Source of the DNA: Macrostomum lignano
Lineage: Eukaryota
Length of the DNA: 64,000 nucleotides
Assembly (NCBI GenBank): GCA_002269645.1
Contig: NIVC01000932.1
Span: 62,001-126,000, forward strand
Reading direction: 5' to 3'
Shown: positions 51,769 through 64,000 of the stretch, in pieces
How positions within the stretch are numbered: position 1 is the first letter of the stretch
Layout: the number at the start of each line of letters is the position of its first letter
Translations under genes and position numbers: made by a program
Notes under the pieces: model-generated
Told to the model about the DNA's origin: nothing
Database searches by the model: none
The model's input: the letters and a program-made list of their open reading frames with translations, nothing else

Positions 51769-52530
51769 TCATTGGAGCACGAACTTTACCCAGTCGACGC
51801 TGTTCTCGATCTCCTGCTCAACCTGAGCATCGCTGAACTGAAGCAGTCGGCATCGGCCAAGAGCTTTGTTGTACAGCACGCTCCTGGTATTTGAGACCTG
51901 GCCCAGTGCAGCGGAGAAGCACTCAAAAACAGTGGTAATCTTGTGCAGCTCGGTGTAGCAGTATTGACTATTGTACTCAGTGCGTTTGAAGGGCACTTGC
52001 ACCCAGATGGTGCTGGACGGCACTTGAGACGGAGCAAATTCGCAGGCGAATCCGACGGTGTTAGACAGGCATTTGTAGTCGATAAGCCTATTTACGTCAT
52101 TATTTGACTTCATGGTGCAGTCCTGATTCCCATAGTTGTTCGGCATCCCGCCCAACCACAGCGTGTTGTCCAGCGGCAGAATCCCGTTGCCGTTGACCGT
52201 CTGCCAACCCGACCGAGAATGTTGTCGCTCATCAGGGAGGTCGGTCACTCCGAGCCAAAAGTTGCCTACGCTGTACATGCTCGGCATGCTGCTGAGTAGT
52301 TTCAGCGTTTCGTACGAGTTGATGAGCTCGCCTCCGATCGCTGCGCACCGACGGTTGGCCTCGCACCAGTTGATGAAGCTTGTAGAGTTCACGAAGATGC
52401 ACTTGCCAGCCTCGATGCTGAATGGGGCAGGGCACACGGCTTGCTGCTGGGATAAGCCGGCTTGTATGAGCAGCACTACTACAAGGACAGTCAGTTTCTG
52501 GTTTACTCGAAATTCGAATTCAGCTTTCAT
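51769..52530 (-). CDS. Secreted C-type lectin domain protein with a C-terminal PAN/apple-like domain, 253 aa, intronless
   Basis: Signal-like LTVLVVVLLIQAG; CTLD pattern C...KC...WCEANRRC...GGEL...FWLG...W..GMPNN...DC...IDYKC...FACE; tail CYTE...ECFSAA...SVLYN...CRL. Confidence 0.88.
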   Translation of the reverse strand: MKAEFEFRVNQKLTVLVVVLLIQAGLSQQQAVCPAPFSIEAGKCIFVNSTSFINWCEANRRCAAIGGELINSYETLKLLSSMPSMYSVGNFWLGVTDLPDERQHSRSGWQTVNGNGILPLDNTLWLGGMPNNYGNQDCTMKSNNDVNRLIDYKCLSNTVGFACEFAPSQVPSSTIWVQVPFKRTEYNSQYCYTELHKITTVFECFSAALGQVSNTRSVLYNKALGRCRLLQFSDAQVEQEIENSVDWVKFVLQ

Positions 52531-55518
52531 AGTGCGATTTCAGGTGCAGCTACACAGAGTCCTCAACGAGCAGAAGGCTGAAAATTAGGCAAGAAACACT
52601 GCACCATTTAAATAGAGGCTCTCGTGCTATTGCTCCTAAGTGACTGCTTCCGACAATGAACTCTCGTTCTTTGATCCCGCCGACCGACGCAAAGCAAAGT
52701 TTCTATTCAGACATGTTTTTCAATGCATATTGACTCGTATTTTGAGCGCTTGACAACAAGGATGAGGCAGCTGCGCGCTTGTACGACATCCGAGTTGATT
52801 TTTGTTTCTTAATTTGCAAAAGCTACTAAAAATGTTTACCAGAGAGCGCATTCATCTTTGCATTTGTTTTATAGCGACTTATTTCGCTAGACTATTTCGT
52901 TCGTCTTTGGCGGCATTTTTCAAAAGCTAAAGCAAATTTGAAGCAATTTCTCCCGCTGGGAGACCTGGTCCTTTCATAATGTGAGCTCAGTACGGTATAA
53001 GATGTGCGACGTAACAGCAGATCGTTTAAAAATTATACGCTGTTTTTTCAACTTCAAAACTGTTTGAGAAGCGAACGGCACAAGATATTTAGATGCCGCT
53101 TTCTTTAAAGGATGTAAAAACAAAAGGTGCCTGCAAGATTGTATTGGGCCTTATGTTGATTCAGTTCAAAAGCTCTAAGCGGGAGCACGAGAATCGCCCT
53201 TAGACAAAATGCCCGACGAGATTCATATGCTATCTATATGCAATATAAAGTTTAAGGAGTTCATACTCTGGGAGCAGAATAATATCTGTAGTTTGGCAAG
53301 CAAACATTGCCCTGACAGTGGAATTTTGTAGTCAAATATTTCTCATTGATCTCATGGATTTTTGGGTTAACCTCGAGAAGACTGATGGTAAGCAGTGCTT
53401 ACCATGGCCCAAATCAACTTTCTGTCGGCCAGAGTAAATCTAATTCCATGGCTAAATTGGTAGTATCCGTAGGTAGTAACCTTTAGAGTGTATATTATTT
53501 ATAGGGGCCCCTTCGAGTTAAGGGGCTATTGCTGGGATGGTTTCTGTTATTGATCCTGAATCCATTTTCTTGACAATATATTATAAGAGGGGTTCCAACT
53601 ATTAAACACATAATTCAGCAGTCTTCATTTACTAGCTGAAACACGGATCTACTTCGCCGATGAAGTTGGTATTCTAGCGCCGAATTAGTCGAATTAATGG
53701 ATTTTAAGCGGAAAATCCTTGGGATATTACCATGAATAGTCGCTATCGCTGCAGTCAGCATTAGTTTCTTCAAATTATCTCAGAGTCCAGCTCTGTTTTC
53801 TAGATGTACGAGTTTCTACATATGAATGAGACACTTAAAATGAAGTAACAGATAATCGTTTAATTTACAGAAAAACGGCAATGCTTACAAAAGAACTGAC
53901 TGTTATCGCAAATTGTCAAAGAGCTATACTAGCTGTCCAATGGATTAGCTGGTTGGAGGAGGGGAGACTTCAGGGCAAATGGCCTCAAATGTGCAATAGT
54001 ATCTGGGGCTTGAAGATGTTTTTGAGTTTTGAGGAGCAGACGTTAGAACTGGATATTGATTTGAGTCTGCAGACTCAGGAGCGTGGAGAGCGAGTCATAA
54101 ATATAAAACTGTCCCGATATGGATTCGTTGGACAGGGTTAGGTCTTTGGAAGCGCCAGACTAGGGACCAGGGGGCACCCGGGAGGGACCGGAAAAGCTAA
54201 CACCGGCACAAACCACTGGAAAAAATAAAACAAAAATAACGCGATAAACGGGACCCGAGGCGTCTTATTGGCGCAGAACAAAACCTGAGCGGGAATGAAA
54301 TCAAATCACTCATTTTTAGTATATGGATTTCTCAGCCGTGTACCGTTCACGGGAAAATTTCTGATCGAACGGTGCAAGTTTCATGAAAATCGGTTGAAAG
54401 CCATTTTTCTGAAATCATACGTTTGTTTATAGAGACAAACCATTTTAGTATATAGGATGTAACGGTTTCATACACCTGTTGCAGACCCCATAATCTATCG
54501 CTTGTTCAGGACCATGCAGGAAAATTATGCTCATTTAACATATACATGTACATATACGAGATCCTACTGTACTGCCTCTGTACATAGCATTCCTTCGCTT
54601 CGACGTATGCACGTCTGTTGCATAAAGTAAAGTAAATTATAGTAGAATTCACTTTCTTTCCGAGTAAGTTTGCGTCAAAACTCGAAGTTTTTAAGACAAA
54701 ATTACGATTGCCTTCAAGTCAACTTGAAGACTTTCCAATGTCACATCTCCGATCAACATCAAGGCCGTATAGTCCTTAATTCACACTGTAAATTAGAAAC
54801 TGTAAACACAGGAAATTGGCCTCCAAAAACTCCAAGATCATTGAGTTTTACGTCCTGTTATACTACAGTGATCTTTGATAGTTCTTAAGGCTCAATGGCG
54901 ACATGTACTTTGAAAAAATATCCGTTACTTAAGTCGTCATTGATATTTCTACCGTGGCTGTCTGCCAAACGCTTGCCTGACCAAGAAAATTTGTACAAGC
55001 TTAGAAAATACTACGAATGAGTTGAATACATGTACCAGTATGAATCTCAGAGTAGGTGCCCCGTTAACTAAGGGCATGTAACCACGGGTTACATAGTTAC
55101 ATGTAGCTAAACTTACTGTAGGTGAATTCTTGATCACATTTTAAAAGCACAAGCGCAAAAACTCACGCTCATGGAGAAAGGAAACAAAGGGATGATTGCA
55201 CACTTGAAAATTTATGTTACATGTGCATATTAGCTCTTATGTAGTTGCTGAGCCTTTATATCATTGGGTACACGCGCTTTGGATTAATAATCTTATTCAT
55301 CTAGTTTTCGAGTTAGTGAACGAAAAGTTCTCAGCGAGACGAAGGGTGCAAAAGTAACATATGTGCGTAGAATATTGCGACAACATGATGCACTTAACGG
55401 ATATAAGCGTATAATCTTACAGTGCATGTAGATTTGCTCCATGCAGACATTATCAACGCATGTGATACTCTTTACTGAGCTTCAACTAAACTGCCAGATT
55501 CTCCTAGCCTGGGGTGAC

Positions 55519-56495
55519 TTATCGAGCCGGACAGAACTTCGTGGCCAGGCGGTCTCGGACAGATGCGTTGAAAGCCACGGTGAGGCAGGGCACCGCGGCC
55601 GAGTTGATGTAGAATACAACGTACAGGCAGTACTCCTGATGCAAGCCTGCCACATTATCCAGCGTCATGGGCACCAGACTGAGCAGCTGGATGAGGTTTC
55701 CAATGGCTAGGCCGGCCAAGGACAAGCGTAGAGCTCGCCGATCGCCGCCGCCACCGTCGGACTTTTCGGCGCGGCGCGCCGCCAGGGTGACGCCGGTGGC
55801 AACGTAGGCAATGGCGGAAGTCGTGTACAGCACGATGGCGATGCCGGCCTTTATGAGAGCGTTCGCGCTTGACTGGGCGCGGATGTGATCGCAGGCAGCT
55901 TGAAGCGTGTCAGCCTGAGCTAAACCCAGCCATCGCCACACCTGCATACCCAGTTCGGCTGCAGCCATGATCGCCAGGACACTGCAAGCCAGGCCAATGG
56001 CGGGCTTGCGGCTCCAGACGCGGCTGGTCGGCGCGGCCACGGCGAGCAGCCGGTCGATGGCCAGCAGGCTGTAGGCGAAAATCTCCGCCCCGACGGTGAC
56101 GTCGCGCAGGCTGACAAGCACGGTGAGGAAGCTCGGCCGCCGAGTCTCTATCGGGTTCTCCAGCTCGCTGGTCCACGCGGCGTCCACCGCGGCCGAGCCG
56201 TGCAGCCGGTTGTGCCGGCCGACGCCGAGGCGGAACAGCAGCAAGAGGAGCACCAGGCCGCGAGCAGCTCGCAGCCGCTTAGCAGCAAAGTGAGACTGCG
56301 GTAGGTGGCCCGCCGAATGGCGCCGTTCCTGCCAGCGACCAGGCCCACCACGGCGCAGTTGCCCAGCACGGCCAGGCAGGCTATAATCGAGTAAGCTATG
56401 AAGAAGCACGGACTGCTCAGTTGAGTCTGGAAGCTTTCGTTTGAGAACTCTGGACACCCGTCTGCTTCGATTGTGCTGTTGGTTACGTTAGACAT
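55519..56495 (-). pseudogene. Intronless rhodopsin-class 7TM GPCR broken by a 1-nt deletion (pseudogene or assembly error)
   Basis: ORF 56495 encodes an N-glycosylated N-terminus, TM1 (LGN) and the start of TM2; a shifted frame continues with TM2-TM7 including AIDRLLAV (DRY-like). Span is 977 nt; +1 nt gives 325 aa. Break near 56258-56265. Confidence 0.8.
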
Positions 56496-58452
56496 CTTGG
56501 AAGATTTCCCACTGTAGCTCGTCTAGCTGACTTCGAATGGTTTCTGCCCCCTTTTCTACAGGTATGTTCAGCATTAAGTAGTGCTGCAGTTCGGCACTCT
56601 CATCTCATTGGTGCAATCGCTGCCATTCTCGCGGGGCAGCTCTGGCTTGCCTGCATCCCTGCAGCATCCCTCAGCTCATTGCCGCGGGCAGTGTAGTTCA
56701 TGCCGCTGTTTACCAGACGGGAAGTTGAGAGAATTGAACTCTTTTTTATTTTTTGAAAGGCTTTAGTTTAAAATCGACAGGTTTATTGCTTTCAATTTAT
56801 TTAAAAATTGTAAACACTCATTGTAGTTTGGCAAAGTTAAAAAGCAAGTTCTGAATTTCGGAAAATTTGACTGAATTCAAATCTTCCGCTTAAAAAATGA
56901 TTTCCTAACAACCAGAGTTTTGCGTTTTTTAGAAGCTAAACAAAGTCGCGAGAATTTCCCGCAAAACTTATTGCCCCCATTCGTCTGCTGAATGTTTCTC
57001 ACCGACAAGCTTTTCCGGGATTAAATTTCAAGCTATAGCTTCTGTTTTGAAATTGTTTCGATTTGTTAATCAAGGACAACTAATGCAGAAATACCCTGTA
57101 GATTGTATAAATTTCGCCAGATGCCAGGTTTAGCTGCAAACTGCATTATCAAGATAGGAAATTGCTGTTTTTCTGCAATAAATTTGACCATATCGTACAA
57201 TTATTGTCCACATTGTCTACAATCTGGTAGACACGCAGAAGACCATCGTGCTCTGCGTACCGCACGAAATCGAAGCTGCAATCTGGAGTCGAGGTGGTTG
57301 ACAAATTAAAAACCTGTCTTCTCCTTCCTTCTTCTACTCGCATTTTTTAATCATATTTATTGCTTATATCAAAATTCTTCAATTTTTTCGCGATTTTATA
57401 AAAAGCCAGCAGATTCTGCTGACAGAGGCTTGCCTGCATTTTGTTTGCCTGCAAGCATCTGGAACCAGGTCTGCTCAAGGCTTCTTGGATAAAGCAATGC
57501 GGACTGAAGTGTCGAGATATAGCTGAGACAATGGGAAGTCTGCAACAATGCTAGCAGCATTCGCTTTGATCAGACTATTAAGTACGCAATAATCCACAAT
57601 GCAATTATGCACTGTTCACGCACTGTAGTTCCATATCAACGCCAGAAATTCCTTGCTAAGGACACTATAGGGCAAGGAAAAGAGGCGAAACAGACGCGCG
57701 AATGTAGTTAGCAAATATTTCATCGCATATTTTTTCGATCAGGTTTAACTCAAAAACACTTCAAAAAATCGTCAATAAGATGGGGTTTTCCTTGAAAAAT
57801 GTTCTTTATGAGTCCAAGCCAGCATCTTGGGTGGGGGAGGGTAGCTGGGTGGTTAAATGCGCTTTGTTTGTCAACCAGTTCTCGTTCATGAGGGCCAACT
57901 CCCAAGGCCCGAAGTCTATAAATGTCTGACGCAATGAGTAAGTCAGGTCACGCTATAGCTCAGGGGCGCGAGAAAAAGTATTTGAGGATCAGAGAGAAAT
58001 ATTCCCGTAATTTGCACCGTGAGGACGATGGAAATTGCATGATATCACACGCATCACATGGTATCTATTAGATACAAAATTGTCCATCCTGTCTTGTCTG
58101 GTGTTTGCCTACATCTGATTGGTTGGCGACTAGAACAGAAAGCTTCATAATGAAACTACGATACATTTTTTATCCTTTATCCTTTTTGTCCTTTATCCAT
58201 TTGATTATTTATCCTTTGTTTATCTACGTCTACGAGTACGAGCTATCTCTCGCATGAGTTCAGTTTTAGAAATTCTAGAACTTCCCAAGCTACAAGCATG
58301 AAAATGCGTGTTTTTTACTAGCGCTAATGGACTTCCTTTTTCGAAATAGAAACTCCTATTGGATTATCGCGATGCTGACAGTTTCGATGCAATTATAAAA
58401 TTTTTAACCCACATTGTTTGTTTGGCACACGCACTCGCTAGGGAGTTCCTCC

Positions 58453-58625
58453 CAGTAGCACAACCAGAAATTTTTTGAGGGGGCGGATTCTGGAGGGTAA
58501 AGACCTGGGGGGCGGAGGGGTGGCTCTGTTTTTGGCGAAAATTCGCTTGGTCCACCCTATGATTCATTCCGGTCTCCGCCTAAGGGGGGGGGCGACCGCC
58601 CCCGCCCCCTCTGGTTGCGCCATTG
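58453..58625. mobile_element. Short hAT-type MITE
   Basis: Imperfect TIRs CAGTAGCACAACCAG/CTGGTTGCGCCATTG; 8-bp TSD GTTCCTCC (58445-58452 and 58626-58633). Confidence 0.82.
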
Positions 58626-58937
58626 GTTCCTCCGTTTCTAAACCATAGTATATCATGTCAAGTTGACATAAATGACAAAAACACAATACTCGTACCCTGG
58701 TTAAAACTTTGAAACCATGTGCTTCAGGCTTATACTGGTACCAAGGGTACATAAACTTGTCTTTGTTGCATGTACGAGCTATCATTACATGTACTCGTAC
58801 AAGGTTGTATTTATATGAAATTTCACGGTCAAGCAGCAAATCATCCAATACGGTAGTTCTGCGTCTTGAGTCACCTAAATACCGCACGAAAATTACACCC
58901 AGAAAAAGTTCAATCCGACGTAGCCTCCTTGGTTTTG

Positions 58938-61305
58938 TCAACGCTTTTTGTGCTGCCCCAAAGCTGCGGAGGCTCGCTTAATGGACGATGTGCTCGATGT
59001 TGCAGACATTGACGGGTGCTGCTGCTGTTGCTGCTGAATTTTGCTTCCGGGCTTTGCACCCTTTACGGCATGTGATTCCCTTTTGGAACCCTTGGCTAAG
59101 CGATCTGGAAATTATTATTTGACATTGGAATATGCATTCAGTTCGAACGTGTGGCTTACATTCTCTTTGGATAGCAAACAGAAGCCATGGCTTGAGGCCT
59201 AATTGCCAGCAGTGCCAGCATCAATTAGCTCTGGTTCACATCTAGACAGAATAAATAAGTTGCAATTCTCACTTACCCAAGAATGCTTTGGTAACGATCT
59301 CGTCGCTCTCAAGCAGAGGAGTATAGATCAGCTTGCCTTTGTCATTCTCTGGACAAAGAGAGGGAATTAAACATTTTTGCCAGTGGGGTAATTTTTGTAC
59401 TAAACATCAAACAATACGAGGCCGTAAATAGGATTAGGAATGCCTCACCTCCTACTCTAAGTAGTATGACATCCTCGCGGTCTGCCAGCACCTCCTTGGC
59501 TTGCATGTTGGGATTCTTCCGAAGGTCCTTGACGTTGCCGTCTCGGTCAGATAGATCAATTACATCTGGATTATGAGAATGATGCATTACACAATTAAAG
59601 GCTTTGATATTTTCCTAGACTTCTCAATACTCACCTTTGGCGTCCAGCGAGCACTTTTCCCTGATAGCATTCAGCAGTGTGACCGATCGACAGTCTTGGT
59701 TGAATAAAGTTTGCTCGTTCACTGAAATTGGTGATGCATAATTCGTTTATAAGTACCTGGAAGTACAAAAGTGCGCTTTAAATACTATACTTGAAGAAAT
59801 ACTTGAAGTCCTAACCTGATGAGAGACACTTACTAGAGCTTTACAAATGAATTAGGCCAGTATACTGAAATAAAGGAGTAACTCTCAGGAAATCTAATGC
59901 ACTTGAAAGTAAAGTCATATCGAGCGGCAGCAATGGCTATGGGTAGCTTAGCTAGAAACGGTGAGATCTACCATTTTGCGTTCAATGACCACTCAAGACA
60001 TTAATAGGTACTTCAAATGCTATTGGGCCTTTACTAACACTTGAAATCACCAGAAAGGTACTTTCAGTTGGCAAAAAGACGTCAAAGGTGCAAGGCATGG
60101 ATGAAGGAATACAATGGTCTGTATATTCATACAATACATTGAGCCACTGATTGATAGTATGTATTGAGATAGTTGTACGAGATATGTAAACCTAGACGTG
60201 TCACCTTGAAACCAGATTTTTATATTGAGCTATTAAGTTGTCATTGGAGCAGATACATACACTGCATGCGATGATTTGGTCGTACACTATACAAAAACTC
60301 AATCCGAGAAAAAATTTCAACGATGATCGTAAAACAATCCGACTGAGTAAAATTCAGCTTCAAATTTAACCTGGCTAGGAGGAGAAACAAGCCGAGGGAC
60401 AGAATTTCACTCCTGGTCTTGAATATAACGTAACTTTCTTGAGATTCTTTTCTGTAGCCAAACTATCCAAGCACCAAAAACCATGTTAGAGATCTTGAAT
60501 TCGCTTACGCCTTTATTTGCAAACAAGACTATGAGGATGTCTATGGCCAAAAGACTATTCTTAGTTGGCCAGATAGGAAAAAGACCATAGACAATAATAT
60601 TTGACAAGCGTTGAAGTCCTAGCTCGTGGTACGTATAAGATATTCTATGGGTTTGAGGTCGGTATTTCACTTAAATCCCGAGAGCCGAATATCTTATTTA
60701 AACTACTTTAATTTTGCGGGATGTATTCAGATAAATCCCGGAGCCATACTTGTATGCCTATGGTTGAAGTTGGGGATGGGGGTGTGGGGGCGAAGCCCCC
60801 ACATTCTTACCATAGACAAAATTTCATTAAGAAATTTCTCGAGTCACGAAGGAACAGAAGAGAGAAGCTCGCTTATTTAGATACATACAATAATCCTTGC
60901 AATATGTCAGGGAAAGTGATCGATTAAATCCCGCAAAATAAAATCTACGTGACAATAACCTCCCTGAAAGTGAGCTTTAAAGTGGTTTAAAAAATGTAAC
61001 AATCAGCCTTATTTGTTGCGGGCAGAAAAGGAAGCTGCCAAATGTCAATGGCAATAATATAGCATAACTAATTCAGTGAAAAGTCTGCGTTAAAACCCGC
61101 CGAGGGTGTCTGTAATGAATCCTTATCCTTGATTTATGAATAAGTTTCTCGGGAAATATCGAGTTAGCAACTGGTTTAGCTCGTTTCGGCCTCTGTAGCC
61201 AAATCAATTATATTGTTATTTCACATGTAATAAAGAAAATCGTAAAGAAAAACGCAGATTTTGCATCGCTAACTCACCGCCATGTTTTACAGTAACAAAC
61301 ACCAT
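58938..61305 (-). CDS. CXorf65/C22orf15-like uncharacterised protein, 5 exons, 156 aa
   Basis: Exons 61305-61278 (MVFVTVKHG), 59721-59635 (NEQTLFNQDCRSVTLLNAIREKC), 59565-59449 (VIDLSDRDGNVKDL...LADREDVILLRV), 59348-59277 (IYTPLL), 59104-58938. All introns GT-AG phase 1. Pattern resembles the CXorf65 N-terminus MFIFIKHGDNQQFLVNTNC...IDL (recalled). Confidence 0.75.
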
Positions 61306-62299
61306 TTTGTGACGCCTTATTAGTGCTTGTTAATCATATAGGCAAAGAAACGAATCTTCCAAAAGAATAGCACTGGGAGCAGGCAGTTTATCTGTCCAAG
61401 TGAGCTCATTTTTATAGAATTATATAGGCAGTAAAGCGAAATACCCAATCTAAGGAGAACACATAAGAGCAACTCTCTAGCTATAGCTGCTGAGCACTCA
61501 TTATAGATTCATCTCAAGCAGCGAGACAGAGATAGAGAGACAGAGAGAGAGACAATCACAGTGAGTGAATCGCAGAGAAAGCTGTGTATGCTGCTTCCAT
61601 TACAAAAGAACAGAGCCAGCAGGCTCACGTCAGCTATTTAGGACACAATTCTCCGCTAACAGTTGAACAGCGCACTCTCCCTCTCAGCCTCATCCAACAG
61701 AGTGAGACTATACTCAACAGCCCTCCCCTCAACTTAGCTGCCGTTGGTTACTCCTACTCTTTTCAATACGTAGGCATGAGCTCATAAAGCATAAAACTTT
61801 AACTCTCTTCCATATACTTCCAAGCATCGTATAGCGCACTAGTGCTACTAATAATACATAAAATGAATGACAGGTCAAATGTGAAGATTTAGACTAGTGC
61901 ATATGACACCATATGCATGTAGTTCTATAGTTCACATCTTGAGCAGCTGAAGTGTGGGCCCAAGAGAGGAAGCGAATTGAGAATAGCTATACATGTAGAA
62001 TGGCTTTGCTACCTAGACAGCTAAAGTAGAAGAGGGGATCAGGGAGGTCAATGAGGGGGAAGCAATGAGAGGAAGATCAATGAGAGGGAGATCACTGAGA
62101 GGGAGATCATTGATCTCCCTCTCAGTGATTCGGATTGTAATCTCCCTCTTAGCTGCAGGATGGTCCGTAGACACAGTGGGGAAGCGAGGTCGCCCATTCC
62201 GATAGCCCCTGAACCCCACAAACAGGCAGAGGCGTGAGGCCGGTCAGGGTGGTCCGCCGGTCCTGCTGCGTGATCTTCCGTAGGGAAGAAAGTGGCTCG

Positions 62300-63345
62300 T
62301 CTTGTCTGTCAGACCTCGTCAATAGACGGGTTCGGCCCGAGGTAGCGTAGTCGGTCTCTGGTTAAAGAAAGGGCAGTGGCAGACAAAGTATTGAGCATCT
62401 TCGTTGTCGTATTCGCAAAGAGGGCAAATTTCACAGAGAGAGCATTGCATCAAGCGTTTCCCCTGGGTTATTCGTGGACGTGCCGTCGGTGCGTTTTACC
62501 GAGGAAAGCTTAGACATTTTGTCCAGAGTAGGTGCTTTCAAAATTCTGGAGGTGGGGTGTGAGCCCTCTAGCTCCTCGCAGTAATGGCGCCATTTTTTAG
62601 CTTTAGCGTTCTTCCTAAACTGCCCTTTTAACTCATGGATTTCCTCATGGTAGGTGGTTTAGTCCGCAAGGCTCTTGGTTTTAGTTGCTATGTGTGGAGT
62701 CTCTTGGCTCTGCAACGGAGGTTGCCGAGCTCGGGATTCTACCACAGCGCAGATTTTTCCCTTTATCGGCTTTTAAAGGGCAGGATGCCTCAAAGGCTAC
62801 GGTTAGCGGTTCTGTCAGCACAGTCCGCACTCATCCGCTTCTTGACTTGAGGTGATCGTGGATGCCCGAAGACTGATGTAACTCCTTAAGGGCGAGCCTA
62901 TCCCAAAGCCTAAAGGTATCTCAAAGCCTAAAGGTATCCCAAAGCCTAAAGGTATCCCAAAGCCTAAAGGTGTCCCAAAGCCTAAAGGTATCCCAAAGTC
63001 TAAAGGCATCCCAAAGTCTAAAGGCATCCCAAAGCCTAAAGGTATCCCAAAGCCTAAAGGTATCCCAAAGCCTAAAGGTATCCCAAAGCCTAAAGGTATC
63101 CCAAAGCCTAAAGGTATCCCAAAGCCTAAAGGTATCCCAAAGCCTAAAAGTATCCAAAAGCCTAAAGGTATCCCAAAGCCTAAAGGTATTCCAATCAGTG
63201 TTTCTGGCGTTCCGTCTCCACGTGATGCGATTCGCGCTGCGCGCTGCCATCAGATTGAAGGAGATGAACTTGTGATCGGAGAGGGAGGACACCGGAAGCA
63301 CCCGCCACGCCCCCAGTGCTTTGTAAGAGCCTGGGTGTTAGGCTT
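62300..63345 (-). mobile_element. Decayed, internally deleted non-LTR retrotransposon (Loa/R1/I-group-like ORF2 fragments)
   Basis: Minus strand: end of APE endonuclease (SLSDHKFISF...RRNARNTDWNTF), linker (AFEASCP, NPELGNLR, KNAKAKKWRHYCEEL...DGTSTNNP), then directly a C-terminal Cys motif (ICPLCEYDNEDAQYFVCHCPFF); stops and frameshifts; RT domain absent. Confidence 0.72.
62900..63190. repeat. 18-bp minisatellite (tcccaaagcctaaaggta), about 16 copies, inside the LINE remnant
   Basis: Minus-strand unit encodes WDTFRL, continuing LINE DWNTFRL in frame. Confidence 0.92.
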
Positions 63346-64000
63346 TGCAATCTCCGTGTGTTTGCGTTTGGTGACTTTAAGTAATTGATCTTTACCCATG
63401 CAGTCTTTGACTTACTCTGCCTATCAATAGCTATTTTATTGGCTGACCGTGGTCGTTAGAAGCTGTATTTTTTGTTAATTAAAATATACACGCAAAAATT
63501 GTCTTGGAATTGTTGCCAATTTGGTATTTATTGTTTTTTGCTTTGAAAATGATGAACTGACAAATCGCTCTGTGACCCGCGGACATCACAATCCGGAAAT
63601 CGCAAAGCAAATCTTAGTTTTTCGACCGGATATTTGAACCTGCATGTGACTTGATCTGGGGGGACTGCAACAAGTACCCCTTGACAAAGCAAAGCAGCTT
63701 GAGATATCCGGGGGAGATCAGAGGCACTTGCAACTTCTAGGAGGAGATCAGAAAGCACTTGCAATTTCCGGGGGGGGGGAGATCAGAAAGTACTTGCGTA
63801 CTATCTGGGTAGGCCGGATAACATATAAGGCACGGATATCCCAAAGTACCATCGTATAACACCGGCAACCATGAGCTCGTAGTTTTTAGCCGAGCAAAGC
63901 TCGACCAGCGTAGAGATTGAGGGTTCTGGGGACGACCGCTGATTCACCAGGAGGCTGGCGTCACTCGCATCGACTTGACCAACGAGGAGGAGGGGCAAAT

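Noticed and set aside
54130-54460. Possible Helitron/HINE-like element end (aagtttcatgaaaatcgg…ttagtatataggat)
   Set aside because: Only vague motif resemblance; no termini, hairpin or second copy could be confirmed in the window.

Overview
Eukaryotic (animal) genomic DNA with GT-AG introns, GC-rich exons and introns largely filled by local tandem arrays. This architecture suggests a free-living flatworm such as Macrostomum (inference only). Manual splicing recovers these protein-coding genes: a divergent FGF-like ligand (+), a 15-exon ionotropic glutamate receptor (-), an orphan 2-TM protein (+), CaMKK (-), a RIPK1-like kinase-death-domain protein (-), an intronless C-type lectin/PAN-like protein (-), a frameshifted intronless 7TM GPCR (-) and a CXorf65/C22orf15-like gene (-). 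Mobile DNA includes two tRNA-derived SINE families, two MITEs with 8-bp TSDs, a foldback element with a 9-bp TSD, a decayed Ty3/Gypsy gag and a decayed non-LTR retrotransposon. The most striking pattern is that several intronic arrays are amplified copies of the exon-intron junction itself, creating roughly 10-32 tandem decoy splice sites. Nearly all very long ORFs in the track are translation artefacts of these arrays. Gene models were read by eye and are unconfirmed by transcripts.
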